Shown: piece by piece, positions 1-9,646 of the stretch
Position numbering within the stretch: position 1 is the first letter of the stretch
Layout of the letters: every line of letters starts with the position of its first letter
DNA from: an uncultured Gammaproteobacteria bacterium
Lineage (GTDB): Bacteria > Patescibacteriota > Microgenomatia > UBA12405
DNA: 64,000 bases
NCBI GenBank assembly: GCA_964448705.1
Contig: CAYUZS010000003.1
Span: 9,384 to 73,383, forward strand
Direction of reading: 5' to 3'
The notes under the pieces: generated by a model
Told to the model about the DNA's origin: nothing
Seen by the model: the letters and a program-made list of their open reading frames with translations, nothing else
Databases searched by the model: none
Translations under genes and position numbers: made by a program

Positions 1-133
1 TTTTTTGAGAAATTAACTCCTGTCTTTTACTATGATTAATTCCTACCACTATCCCCAAAAAAAGAATTAGAAACAGCGACAAAGCTGTTCCTGCGAACAC
101 AAAACGACTTAATATTAAAACAGTTTTATGCAT
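1..133 (-). CDS. Partial small hydrophobic ORF running off the window start (MHKTVLILSRFVFAGTALSLFLILFLGIVVGINHSKRQELISQK...), hypothetical membrane protein
   Basis: Hand-translated minus-strand ATG at 131-133 (palindromic ATGCAT), open to the window edge; one clear transmembrane stretch; absent from the ORF track because it is partial. Confidence 0.25.
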   Translation of the reverse strand, partial: MHKTVLILSRFVFAGTALSLFLILFLGIVVGINHSKRQELISQK

Positions 134-159
134 TAGATTCTCCTGATTTTCATGATATC

Positions 160-981
160 ATGGTCATACTTATGAAAACAAATACCCCTCAAGAATTACA
201 GCAACTTAAGGATAAAACGTTTATCCTCAATTTTACTTTAGTTAAAAGTGAAATCGAAAAAACCCACCATCAGGTTCTTCATTCAATCCAATCCGAATTT
301 GAAACCAAAGGTTTTCGAAAAGGCAAAGCTCCGCTTGATGTTGTCGAAGCTAATGTTTCTCCTTCCAAAATTATTGAAGAAGTATTATCTCAGCTTTTAT
401 CAGAAACTTATTCTCAAAAACTGGAAGCCTACCACCTTCACCCTGTTGTTCAACCTCAAATAAAAATTTTGAATCCTCCCGTCACTTTTGATAAAGATTG
501 GCAGGTAGAAATAACCGGCTGTGAACTACCCGAAATTAAAATTGATTCAAAATATATTGATGAAATTAAAGCTGTCAATAAAATTCAAAAAGACGAGAAC
601 GAGAGGCTTAACCAGACTCTTGAATCACTCGTTAAAAATAGTCAAGTAGAAATTCCGGAAATTTTAATTAAAGCCGATCTTAACAATAAAATGTCTCAAC
701 TAGTTGACCAAACCCAACAGGCCGGATTAACTGTCGATCAATACCTAAAGTCAAAAAGTCTAACCCTTGAACAGTACCAAGAAAATGCTGAAAAACAGAT
801 AAAAAATGAATGGATAACCAATCTGGCTATCGACTTTATCGCCAGAGAGCAAAAACTTGAGGTTACTCCTGAAGAAGTAAAGGCTATCACCGATAAAAAC
901 CAACAATTGGCTCAAAATACCAATATGGTTTACTATCTCCTAACCCAGCAGAAAGTTTTTGATTATCTAAAAAAGCTCTAA
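160..981 (+). CDS. tig: Trigger factor, compact form (N-terminal ribosome-binding domain plus C-terminal arm, apparently no PPIase domain)
   Basis: GFRKGKAP motif (trigger-factor ribosome-binding signature GFRxGxxP) near residue 50; only 273 aa; true start may be the ATG at 172 (MKTNTPQ...). Confidence 0.7.
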   Translation: MVILMKTNTPQELQQLKDKTFILNFTLVKSEIEKTHHQVLHSIQSEFETKGFRKGKAPLDVVEANVSPSKIIEEVLSQLLSETYSQKLEAYHLHPVVQPQIKILNPPVTFDKDWQVEITGCELPEIKIDSKYIDEIKAVNKIQKDENERLNQTLESLVKNSQVEIPEILIKADLNNKMSQLVDQTQQAGLTVDQYLKSKSLTLEQYQENAEKQIKNEWITNLAIDFIAREQKLEVTPEEVKAITDKNQQLAQNTNMVYYLLTQQKVFDYLKKL

Positions 982-1044
982 GATAGGTTTGTTTTTGTCT
1001 TATAATCTATAGCATTTTTACCTTTCGGTTGTTATAATCACTCC

Positions 1045-1632
1045 ATGGCAGGTGGCTTTGGTGTATTTGCACCATCCAAAAAGCAAGGTAAACTCCTTAA
1101 CAGCGAAGTCTTGAACGACTCCCAATTTGAAACTTCGTCCCAAAAGTCGCCACCTAAAAAGATCGGTTTAAAAGGTATCCTTGGCTTAGGACAGACCGTT
1201 GATATTAACAAGAGCAGCACCCAGGTTGAAAAACAGAGTCATGAACTTAACTTTAATCTAAATCATTTAGTCGAAGAGCAAAAAAATCTATTCGATCACC
1301 ACCAACAGCAATTAACCAAAGAGCTGCAATCTCTCAGAGAAGAGATCATTAAACTTATCAAGTCGACTGATCGTTTGGAAAAAGATATAACCGATATTGC
1401 AGTAGAAAACATTCCTGAAGTTACCGAATATCAGATAAATTTTCTTTCCCGGATAAAAATTTTTATTGCCAATATTAGAAAAAACATTTCCTCTGCCGAT
1501 ATTTGGATGGAAGCTTTTACTGCCAAGAAAAAGAAGAGAAATACATTTTGGAGTAATGTCAAAAACAAAAAGAAAGGGGGCGAACAGTATCTTTTCAGCA
1601 ACGAACATTCTGCTGCCAGAAGTGCTAATTAA
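1045..1632 (+). CDS. Hypothetical coiled-coil protein
   Basis: 195-aa ORF with typical local codon usage; extended -10 TGTTATAAT (1030-1038) lies 6 nt before the ATG. Confidence 0.5.
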   Translation: MAGGFGVFAPSKKQGKLLNSEVLNDSQFETSSQKSPPKKIGLKGILGLGQTVDINKSSTQVEKQSHELNFNLNHLVEEQKNLFDHHQQQLTKELQSLREEIIKLIKSTDRLEKDITDIAVENIPEVTEYQINFLSRIKIFIANIRKNISSADIWMEAFTAKKKKRNTFWSNVKNKKKGGEQYLFSNEHSAARSAN

Positions 1633-1653
1633 TTTGCTATAATCCCTTTGTTC

Positions 1654-1727
1654 GAGTCTATAGCTCAGTTGGTTAGAGCGCTTCATTGACATTGAAGAGG
1701 TCAGAGGTTCGAGTCCTCTTAGACTCA
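1654..1727 (+). tRNA. tRNA-Val (anticodon GAC)
   Basis: Hand-folded cloverleaf: acceptor GAGTCTA/TAGACTC, D-arm GCTC-AGTTGGTTA-GAGC, anticodon stem CTTCA/TGAAG with loop TTGACAT, T-arm AGAGG-TTCGAGT-CCTCT, discriminator A, CCA not encoded; 74 nt. Confidence 0.88.
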
Positions 1728-1862
1728 CTGCTGGTTTTTATAGGGATCGTGAATTTAATCAGGAAAGCCTAAAAACTTTAAATATACACGTAAAAATAGG
1801 TTGATATAATATATACATATTCCTCCCGCTCTTCACACACAAATGATATTATTATCTTACTA

Positions 1863-3140
1863 ATGCTCAAACTAAGTGATCTCAATCTTTCCCTTGAAAC
1901 AGCTAAACTAAAAAACGGTATCAAAATTGTTAACTTTCACCGAAGTGGTGCACCATTAGCTATTAAGTGTCTCTTTTTTGCCGGTTCACGATTTGATGAT
2001 ATCGAAGGCACTTCTCATTTTTTAGAGCATCTCCTGGTAGCGGGTACAAAAAAATATCCTACTAAAGACAAATTAGCTTATTATATTGAAAATAACGGTG
2101 GATTTCTTAGCGCCATCACCGGTATGGATAACTTAACAATCAACCTATCTCTTGGTGATCCTAAAGATATTTCAATCATCTCAGAAGTCCTAAAAGAGGT
2201 AATTTTTAATCCGATCTTTGGGGATAAAACAATTGAAAATGAACGCCAAGCAATATACCGAGAATTATCCGACCGCAAATCAAACCCCGGTAAAGCTATT
2301 GGTACTGTCAATCGTCAACTATTTTATCAGGACACGATTTTAGGCAGATCAACTTTAGGCACAGAAGACTCAATTAAAAGTATTAAAAAAGAAGATATTT
2401 TATCTCATTACCAAAAAAATATTTTGACTGGTCAAATGGTTCTGGTTACCAGTGGTGATATATCAATTGACACCATCAAAAAAGAATTTAGCTTCTTAGA
2501 ATCACTGAATTTTGTTACAAAAACTCCTAAAGCAGACTTAGAAATAAATCAACAAAAAAGAATTTTAATTGAAAAATTTAGCCAAAACGATCAAATCACT
2601 TTCTCTTACGCTTTCCGTACTGGAAATATTTTTGATAACACCAACCCTGCACTCTCTATAATCCTTCAGGCTATGGCGGCTACTCGGTCTTCAAGACTTA
2701 TTACTAAACTCCGATACGAAAACGGCTTAATTTATGGAATTAATTCCTGGCATGAGCAATTATTCGACGCCGGTACTTGGGGTTTCCAGACATCCACTTC
2801 AAAGTCAAACTTTCAGAAAGTTATTGATATTATCGAAAAAGAATTTCATTCCATAATTCAAGATGGCTTATCTGAAAGCGAATTGGAATTTATTAAGAAT
2901 AAAATTATAAAATCCAGCCGACTAAATCTCCAAACATCCGAATCAATAACTGGCTTTCATGCCTATAAACAATTTATCGGGAGTAATACACCATGGACAA
3001 TTCAGGATTACACTGAGAGTTTAGAAAAAGTTGACTACAACTCAGCCAAAACCACTGCAACCAAATATCTCGATCCGACAAAGTCATTTCTTGCCATCTG
3101 TGGAAACATTAACGAAGAAGAAATTAGCTTGGCAAGATAG
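1863..3140 (+). CDS. M16 family zinc peptidase (insulinase/pitrilysin-like)
   Basis: Inverted zinc-binding motif HFLEHL (HxxEH) near the N-terminus; 425 aa, typical M16 length; extended -10 TGATATTAT upstream. Confidence 0.8.
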   Translation: MLKLSDLNLSLETAKLKNGIKIVNFHRSGAPLAIKCLFFAGSRFDDIEGTSHFLEHLLVAGTKKYPTKDKLAYYIENNGGFLSAITGMDNLTINLSLGDPKDISIISEVLKEVIFNPIFGDKTIENERQAIYRELSDRKSNPGKAIGTVNRQLFYQDTILGRSTLGTEDSIKSIKKEDILSHYQKNILTGQMVLVTSGDISIDTIKKEFSFLESLNFVTKTPKADLEINQQKRILIEKFSQNDQITFSYAFRTGNIFDNTNPALSIILQAMAATRSSRLITKLRYENGLIYGINSWHEQLFDAGTWGFQTSTSKSNFQKVIDIIEKEFHSIIQDGLSESELEFIKNKIIKSSRLNLQTSESITGFHAYKQFIGSNTPWTIQDYTESLEKVDYNSAKTTATKYLDPTKSFLAICGNINEEEISLAR

Positions 3141-3311
3141 TTCTTTAATGTTCATCTATAAATAAATAATAAATTTCTCCTCAGACTCAAAAGACATGGA
3201 TTTAATATAGAATAATTTGAAGAAATGTCATATATTTTTCACCGGCATCTTTTTAACTGTGTTAAAATAGACCAATGTTTGAACGTATTTTTACATTTAC
3301 CTCAACTATCT

Positions 3312-3345
3312 CGCCCAATAGGGCGTAGTCTCTTGCGTCTTATTC
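3312..3345 (+). terminator. Short GC hairpin CGCCC-AATA-GGGCG followed by a T-rich tract, in the M16-thrS intergenic region
   Basis: Perfect 5-bp GC stem at 3312-3325 then a T-rich run; terminator for the M16 gene or a leader element of thrS. Confidence 0.35.
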
Positions 3346-3390
3346 GGGCTTTTCTTTTGTTATTTTTCATAATTTAAATTAAAATCACTT

Positions 3391-5163
3391 ATGTCACAAA
3401 TTGACGCTCTCAAACACAACTCAGACCAGGTTTACAAAATCCGCCACAGCTCCGAACACGTCCTAACTCAGGCTATGATTCGTCTTTACGGAAAAGATAA
3501 ATTTTATATGGCCATGGGTCCGGCCACTGAAGACGGTTTTTACTTTGATTTTGAACCACTCCAGGATTTCAAAATTTCAGAAGAAGATTTTTCCAAAATT
3601 GAAGCCGAAATGGCCAAAATCATTAAAGAAGATCTGCCTATTGTCAGGTCAGAAATCTTTCTTGAAGAAGCTAAAGAAATGTTTTCCGACAACCCCTACA
3701 AAATGGAATGGCTCAATTCCATCACCGATCGGGGAGAAATAATTTCTATCTACAAAACCGGATCGGAATTTGTTGACCTTTGTGCCGGCCCTCATGTGGC
3801 AAAAACCGGTGAAATCAAAGCTTTCAAATTACTCTCCATCGCCGGAGCTTACTGGCATGGAAGTGAAAAAAACAAAATGTTAACCCGTATTTACGGCACT
3901 GCCTTTGATTCTTCAAAAGCTCTCGATGATTTTCTATTCGTAATCGAGGAAGCCAAAAAACGAGATCATCGTAAATTAGGCCCACAATTAGGTCTATTTT
4001 TTATCGACGAAACAGCTCCCGGTATGCCCTATTGGTTGCCAAAGGGGACTGTTGTTATCAATGAGCTGCTAAAATTTTGGCGCCAGGAACACCAAAGCAG
4101 AGGTTATTTGGAAACCATCACTCCGCAACTAAACAAAAAACAGTTGTATGAAATTTCCGGACATTGGGACCACTATAAAGAAAATATGTTTATCTGCGAT
4201 ATGGGTGAAGACGGCACTTATTGTCTGAAACCAATGAATTGTCCGAATGCTATGACCATTTTTAAACAAGGAATTCATAGTTATCGTGATTTGCCTCTCC
4301 GTCTTTCTGATTGCGATGCTCTTCATCGTCACGAAAAATCCGGTGAACTAAACGGTTTATTACGGGTTCAGAAGTTTTCTCAGGATGACGCCCATATCTT
4401 TGTTACCGAAGATCAAATTAGTGAAGAATACAAAAGAATTTTGGAAATTGCCAAACTTTTTTATTCTATTTTTGATATTAAATTTAAAATTCGTTTAGGC
4501 ACCCGGCCTGATGATTTTATGGGAGATATTGCCACTTGGGATAAAGCCGAAAAGGAATTGGAACAAATTTTGATCGACAATAAATTTGATTATTTTATCG
4601 GTAAAGGCGAAGGTGCTTTTTATGGCCCAAAATTAGACATTCTTATGGATGATTGTCTTGGTCGTCAATGGCAAACCGGAACTGTTCAGCTCGATTTCCA
4701 ACTGCCTAGAAATTTCAAACTGAAATATACCGACAGTGACGGCTCGGAGAAAACTCCTGTCGTTATTCACCGCGTAATTTACGGCTCTTTGGAACGTTTT
4801 ATGGGTATTTTGATCGAACAATTTGCCGGTGCATTTCCTGTTTGGATTTCTCCGGTTCAGGCAAAAATAATTCCGATCACTGATTCTCAACATGAATATG
4901 CCCAAAAAGTTGTTGAACAATTAAACAAAGAGGGGATTAGAGCCGAAATCGATACCCGCTCCGAAAAAATGCAGGCCAAAATTCGCGATGCTCAATTGGA
5001 AAAAATTCCTTTTATGCTGGTAATTGGCGGTCGTGAAGTCGAATCTGAATCGGTAGCTGTCCGTCAACGTGATGGACAGGATTTAGGCGCCGTCAAAGTT
5101 AATGATTTTATTGCCAAAATTAAGGAATTAATTAACAATAAATCCCTGAATCTGATAAAATAA
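3391..5163 (+). CDS. thrS: Threonyl-tRNA synthetase (lacks the N-terminal TGS domain, keeps the editing domain)
   Basis: Editing-domain HxxxH (RHSSEHVLTQAM) at the N-terminus, class II catalytic core, C-terminal anticodon-binding domain; 590 aa. Confidence 0.9.
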   Translation: MSQIDALKHNSDQVYKIRHSSEHVLTQAMIRLYGKDKFYMAMGPATEDGFYFDFEPLQDFKISEEDFSKIEAEMAKIIKEDLPIVRSEIFLEEAKEMFSDNPYKMEWLNSITDRGEIISIYKTGSEFVDLCAGPHVAKTGEIKAFKLLSIAGAYWHGSEKNKMLTRIYGTAFDSSKALDDFLFVIEEAKKRDHRKLGPQLGLFFIDETAPGMPYWLPKGTVVINELLKFWRQEHQSRGYLETITPQLNKKQLYEISGHWDHYKENMFICDMGEDGTYCLKPMNCPNAMTIFKQGIHSYRDLPLRLSDCDALHRHEKSGELNGLLRVQKFSQDDAHIFVTEDQISEEYKRILEIAKLFYSIFDIKFKIRLGTRPDDFMGDIATWDKAEKELEQILIDNKFDYFIGKGEGAFYGPKLDILMDDCLGRQWQTGTVQLDFQLPRNFKLKYTDSDGSEKTPVVIHRVIYGSLERFMGILIEQFAGAFPVWISPVQAKIIPITDSQHEYAQKVVEQLNKEGIRAEIDTRSEKMQAKIRDAQLEKIPFMLVIGGREVESESVAVRQRDGQDLGAVKVNDFIAKIKELINNKSLNLIK

Positions 5164-5171
5164 CACATTCC

Positions 5172-5735
5172 ATGGCTACCTATCGAAATCAAAATCAGAA
5201 CCAAAAATTCTATAAAATAAATCAATACATCACTGCTTCGGAAGTCCGTCTTATCGACGAAGACGCCAAGCAAATCGGTGTTGTCCCTATTTCTGAAGCC
5301 AGAAACATGGCCTTCGAAACCGGTCTTGATTTGGTCGAAATTGCACCTTTAGCCAAGCCTCCGGTTGTTAAGTTAATTGAATTCGCCAAATTTAAATACC
5401 AGGAATCAAAAAAACTTAAAGCTGAGAAACGGGGTATTAAAGGTGGCGATATGAAAGAAATCCAAATGACGCCTTTTATCAGCGACAACGATTACGAAAC
5501 TGGCCTAAGAAAGGCCCAAAAATTTTTAACTACTGGAAATAAAGTCAAATTGAGTATAAAATTCCAAGGTCGTCAAATTCAGCGGAAAGAATTTGGATAT
5601 AATCTTGTTAATAAATTCACTGCTGACCTAAAAGACTACGGCACACCGGAAGGTGAAGCCAAATTAATGGGAAAAAGATTACTTTTCACCATTAGTCCTG
5701 TCAGCAAAAAGAAAATTGATAAAAACCAATCATGA
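5172..5735 (+). CDS. infC: Translation initiation factor IF-3
   Basis: IF-3 N- and C-domain sequence (…ASEVRLIDEDAKQIGVV…LDLVEIAP…); canonical infC-rpmI-rplT gene order. Confidence 0.85.
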   Translation: MATYRNQNQNQKFYKINQYITASEVRLIDEDAKQIGVVPISEARNMAFETGLDLVEIAPLAKPPVVKLIEFAKFKYQESKKLKAEKRGIKGGDMKEIQMTPFISDNDYETGLRKAQKFLTTGNKVKLSIKFQGRQIQRKEFGYNLVNKFTADLKDYGTPEGEAKLMGKRLLFTISPVSKKKIDKNQS

Positions 5736-5941
5736 AAAAACCTAGCAAAAGACTTCGTATTAGAAAATCCGTTAGCAGCCGTTTTGAAGTAACCAAAAAC
5801 GGAACTGTTCTTCACGAATCTTCTTTCCACCGTCATCTTCGTCGCACTAAATCCAAAAAACAGCTTCGCCGTCTAAAAGGTAAACAGCCTGTTTTCGGCA
5901 AATTAGCCAAAAAGATTAAACAAATTCTTGGCAAAGCTTAA
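5732..5941 (+). CDS. rpmI: 50S ribosomal protein L35
   Basis: MKKPSKRLRIRKSVSSRF...; basic 69-aa protein; ATGA start/stop overlap with infC. Confidence 0.9.
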   Translation: MKKPSKRLRIRKSVSSRFEVTKNGTVLHESSFHRHLRRTKSKKQLRRLKGKQPVFGKLAKKIKQILGKA

Positions 5942-5968
5942 TTTTTATAACTTTATAAACTTAACACT

Positions 5969-6310
5969 ATGAGAGTTAAAACTGGAACAGTTAGAAGAGC
6001 CCATCACAAAAAGGTTCTTTCCCAAGCCAAGGGTTTTTGGATGACCCGCCACAAGCGGTATAAGGTAGCCCATGAGGCTGTTATGCACGCCGGTGATTAC
6101 GCCTACAATGGACGTCGGATTCGTCGACGCGATTTTAGAAAATTATGGATTGTCAGAATTAATGCCGCTTTGAAACCTTTTGAAACTAGTTATTCTGTTT
6201 TTGTTAAAAAACTCAAAGACAATAAAATTGATCTAAATCGTAAAATGCTTAGTGAATTAGCTATTCACGATCCCAACGCCTTTAAAGCTATCTTTACTTC
6301 CCTCAAATGA
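5969..6310 (+). CDS. rplT: 50S ribosomal protein L20
   Basis: MRVKTGTVRRAHHKKVL...GFWMTRHKRYKVAHEAV... typical bL20. Confidence 0.9.
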   Translation: MRVKTGTVRRAHHKKVLSQAKGFWMTRHKRYKVAHEAVMHAGDYAYNGRRIRRRDFRKLWIVRINAALKPFETSYSVFVKKLKDNKIDLNRKMLSELAIHDPNAFKAIFTSLK

Positions 6311-6335
6311 GGCGGGATTAACCTATACGAAAAAT

Positions 6336-6363
6336 AAAACCCGCCGAAATGGCGGGTTTTTTG
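6336..6363 (+). terminator. Rho-independent terminator after rplT
   Basis: AAAACCCGCC-GAAAT-GGCGGGTTTTTT: perfect GC stem plus a U-run, 26 nt after the rplT stop. Confidence 0.8.
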
Positions 6364-6383
6364 TTAATATAGCTTATCAACAA

Positions 6384-7397
6384 ATGGATTTAAAAAAAAT
6401 TTTAGAAGAATCAAAAAATAAGATAAATTCTGCCTCCGGTTCAGCCGAATTAGAATTAGTTCGCATCGAGCTTCTTGGCCGTCATGGCTTAATCAACAAA
6501 TTATTTTCTGAAATAAAAACTGCTTCAAATCCCCAAGAATACGGTCAGCAATTAAATCAGTTAAAAAACAGCCTTGATGAATTAATTCAAAACAAAATCA
6601 GTAGCACCACAGATAATAACTCCACTGTTTCAAATAAAAATAAAACCCAAACTTCTTCCGTCATTTCTTTACCTAAAGTTGGCCATCTTCATCCTCTTAC
6701 TCAAACCGAGAGACAATTAAATGAAGTTTTTCGAAAACTCGGTTTCTCTGTCTACAGTAGTCCCGAAATTGTTACCGATGAATATAATTTTGAACGTTTG
6801 AACGTCCCAAAAGACCATCCTGCCAGGGACATGCAGGACAGTATCTATATTAAAGAACCTCAATATCTTCTCCGGACTCAAACCTCTACTATCGAAAGTT
6901 ATCTTCTCCAAAATGAAGGTAAAAATTTACCGATTCGGGCTGCTTTTCCCGGAAGTGTCTATCGCAACGAAAAAGTTAATCGTTCCAATCATTTCGTTTT
7001 TCATCAATATCAGGCAGTAGTAGTCGACAAAGGCATCACCATAAAAGATCTTATCGGCACCATGGATCTAATGTTCAAGACACTTTATGGTCCGGAAGTG
7101 GTTGTTCGTTATCGCTGTAAATATTACCCCGAAGTTGAACCGGGTGTTGGTCCGGACATGCAGTGTTTTTCCTGTCACGGCAAAGGCTGCCCTCTCTGTA
7201 AATACGCCGGTTGGATCGAAATGGGCGGTTCCGGTATGATTCATCCAAAAGTTTTACAGGCTGCAGGCATCGATCCTCATGTTTATAGTGGTTTTGCTTT
7301 TGGTATGGGATTGGATCGTTGGACCATGGCTCAGAACAATATCAAAGATATCCGCACATTAATGGGTGGCAACCTTGCCTACAAACCAAATCTATGA
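6384..7397 (+). CDS. pheS: Phenylalanyl-tRNA synthetase alpha subunit
   Basis: Class II motifs (FPGSVYRNE, GWIEMGGSGMIHPKVL, AFGMGLDRW); 337 aa. Confidence 0.9.
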   Translation: MDLKKILEESKNKINSASGSAELELVRIELLGRHGLINKLFSEIKTASNPQEYGQQLNQLKNSLDELIQNKISSTTDNNSTVSNKNKTQTSSVISLPKVGHLHPLTQTERQLNEVFRKLGFSVYSSPEIVTDEYNFERLNVPKDHPARDMQDSIYIKEPQYLLRTQTSTIESYLLQNEGKNLPIRAAFPGSVYRNEKVNRSNHFVFHQYQAVVVDKGITIKDLIGTMDLMFKTLYGPEVVVRYRCKYYPEVEPGVGPDMQCFSCHGKGCPLCKYAGWIEMGGSGMIHPKVLQAAGIDPHVYSGFAFGMGLDRWTMAQNNIKDIRTLMGGNLAYKPNL

Positions 7398-9211
7398 AAT
7401 TAATTTATTCCCAACTCAAAAAATTTCTTCCTGATTTATCCGTAAAACCGGAACAATTGCGTGATGATCTCACCATGATTGGTCATTTCACCAATTACTT
7501 TGAAGAAATTGACGGCGAAATCGTCTTTGATTTAGACATTAAAGTTAATCGCGGTGACTGCCTTGGTTACTATGGCCTCGCCCGTGATTTGTCAGTTCTC
7601 TACAACATTCCTTTATTACTGCCGGAATTGCCTTCCCTGCCAACAAACGATTACCAATTACCGATCAAAATCGATACCGATAAAGTCAAAAGGGTAATGG
7701 CCGTCAAAATTTCCGGCCTCAAAAATTCACCTTCTCCACAGTGGTTAAAAACTTTTATTAAATGTCACGGAACCAATTCGGTAAACACTTTAGTTGATCT
7801 TAGCAACTATATTATGTTTCTTTATGGCATTCCCACCCATGCTTTTGACACTTTAAAATCTACCGACAACCTGGTTTGGGAAATAAATTCAAAATATTCT
7901 GATTTTGTCAGTCTTGACGGCACTTCATTAAAATTAAATAATCAAATTTTAATGATCAACAATCCTCAAAAACCTCTTAGTTTAAGTTTTTGGGGAGGGG
8001 AGTCGTGTGCCATTGACCTTGAAACTAACGAATCCATCATTGAATTGGCTCTCTACGATCAAGCCACCGTTCGTCAAAACAGCCGTCAATTAAAAACCGT
8101 CACCGAAGCCGGTATTCGTTTGGAAAAAGATTTAGACCCTGAATTAATCCCTTTGGCCTTTAATCATTTTCTTAAACTGATACTGGAAAATTGCGGCGGT
8201 CAAATTTCTTCTCAGGTTTTCGATTATTACCCTTCATCACAAAAAACTTCACCCATTGATTTTGATTTTGATAGCCCCAGCCGATTTTCCGGTATTAACA
8301 TCCCCCATGAATTTGCTCATGATTGCCTAATTCGACTTGGCTGCCAAATAAATAATGATTCAGTCACCGTTCCTTCAATTAGAAAAGATATCAGTTTACC
8401 CGAAGACTTGGTTGAAGAAGTGGTTAGATTTTATGGTTATCAAAAAATTCCCAGTAATCAGCCTTTAGCTTATAAAGAGATTCCCGACATCACTCCTCGG
8501 GAGATTTATCTAGTTGATAAACTTAAAGACAAATTAGTTTCTCTTGGTTACGATGAAGTTTTATCCTGGCCTCTAGTTAATCAACCTTCAGATCCCAACA
8601 CTGTTGTCTCCACCCAAAACAGTATTAATTCCGAATATGTTTATCTTCGTCAGAGTATTCTTCAGTCATTAGAAATCCAGCTCGACCAATACAAACGTTA
8701 CAAACTTCCAAATCCTCAATTTTTTGAAATCGGTAAAATTTTTTCCCAGGAAAATGGTCAATACCTCGAAAAAACTGCTCTGGGAATTTACCATCATGAT
8801 TCAAAAAAACTTCAAAATGATCTAATCAGCCTTAAAGTCTCTCTTGTCAAAGAGGAATCTAGTGAGATTGAAAACTTTGTCGAAATTATTTTGGATGATC
8901 TTTCCAATTCAGAAAAATATATTCCTCAAAATTCATCCTCAAAAGCAATCGAATTAACTTCTCAGATTATTACTTTGGATGCCAATCTGACTCTCGATAC
9001 CAAAGAAGAACCGGAGTCTTTAATTAAAAAATACAGTGCCTTAATTGATCAAAATATTTTTTGGTCTATGCAGATTAATGATGTCTATCATGATCAAAAT
9101 TTAAACAAATACCGCTACACCTTTCAGGTTTCCTACTACAACTGCGAAGATAAGACCGCCAAAAAGATTCATCTTGCCGCTTTTGGCCTTGACACCCCAA
9201 ATAAAAAATAA
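7394..9211 (+). CDS. pheT: Phenylalanyl-tRNA synthetase beta subunit, short form (~605 aa)
   Basis: Directly follows pheS with an ATGA overlap; likely start MKLIYSQLKKF at 7394 (ORF track extends in frame to 7319); B3/4 and B5-like regions; shorter than the usual ~800 aa. Confidence 0.8.
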   Translation: MKLIYSQLKKFLPDLSVKPEQLRDDLTMIGHFTNYFEEIDGEIVFDLDIKVNRGDCLGYYGLARDLSVLYNIPLLLPELPSLPTNDYQLPIKIDTDKVKRVMAVKISGLKNSPSPQWLKTFIKCHGTNSVNTLVDLSNYIMFLYGIPTHAFDTLKSTDNLVWEINSKYSDFVSLDGTSLKLNNQILMINNPQKPLSLSFWGGESCAIDLETNESIIELALYDQATVRQNSRQLKTVTEAGIRLEKDLDPELIPLAFNHFLKLILENCGGQISSQVFDYYPSSQKTSPIDFDFDSPSRFSGINIPHEFAHDCLIRLGCQINNDSVTVPSIRKDISLPEDLVEEVVRFYGYQKIPSNQPLAYKEIPDITPREIYLVDKLKDKLVSLGYDEVLSWPLVNQPSDPNTVVSTQNSINSEYVYLRQSILQSLEIQLDQYKRYKLPNPQFFEIGKIFSQENGQYLEKTALGIYHHDSKKLQNDLISLKVSLVKEESSEIENFVEIILDDLSNSEKYIPQNSSSKAIELTSQIITLDANLTLDTKEEPESLIKKYSALIDQNIFWSMQINDVYHDQNLNKYRYTFQVSYYNCEDKTAKKIHLAAFGLDTPNKK

Positions 9212-9322
9212 TATTATACTCATCAATGACATATTGTCGTTTTAATACCATTATCTCTTCCAAAAACCTTCTCGTCGAAGGTAGGGAGCTTTTGGTATAA
9301 GCACAATATTTTATTAAAAACC

Positions 9323-9349
9323 AAAGCTCCTAGAAATAGGAGCTTTTTT
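9323..9349 (+). terminator. Rho-independent terminator after the pheST operon (can act on both strands)
   Basis: AAAGCTCCT-AGAAAT-AGGAGCTTT perfect 9-bp stem followed by TTTTA; T-rich on the opposite strand too. Confidence 0.6.
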
Positions 9350-9365
9350 ATTTATTATTTTTTCT

Positions 9366-9551
9366 ATGCAAACACCAGCAGAAAGAAGAGAGGCTCGCGA
9401 AGAGCATTTAAAGTTAATCAAATCCTTACCGGATTCCGGACTTCGTGTCAGTTTGGTCGATCCGGATACCAATATTTCTGAGTATCTTAAAAAACTTGCG
9501 GACAAAACCCCAACTTCTAGTTACCGCGTTCACAAATCAGAATACCGTTAA
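9366..9551 (+). CDS. Small hypothetical protein (61 aa)
   Basis: ORF bracketed by the terminator at 9323-9349 and a hairpin at 9561-9579; TATTAT lies 7 nt before the ATG; no recognisable family. Confidence 0.3.
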   Translation: MQTPAERREAREEHLKLIKSLPDSGLRVSLVDPDTNISEYLKKLADKTPTSSYRVHKSEYR

Positions 9552-9560
9552 TTTTATTAT

Positions 9561-9579
9561 CACTCGCCTCTGGCGAGTG
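9561..9579. terminator. 8-bp perfect hairpin CACTCGCC-TCT-GGCGAGTG between convergent genes
   Basis: Perfect inverted repeat between the 9366 ORF and the PBP gene end; no clean U-run on either strand, so terminator function is uncertain. Confidence 0.3.
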
Positions 9580-9646
9580 CTAATATAGCTATCAAACTAT
9601 ATTATTCCTAATATAAGGGATATTTTTTATATACATCTGTATCGTA

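Noticed and set aside
3141-3390. T-box riboswitch upstream of thrS
   Set aside because: There is no AGGGUGGNACCGCG T-box sequence and no convincing specifier-loop geometry, only a short GC hairpin with a U tract.
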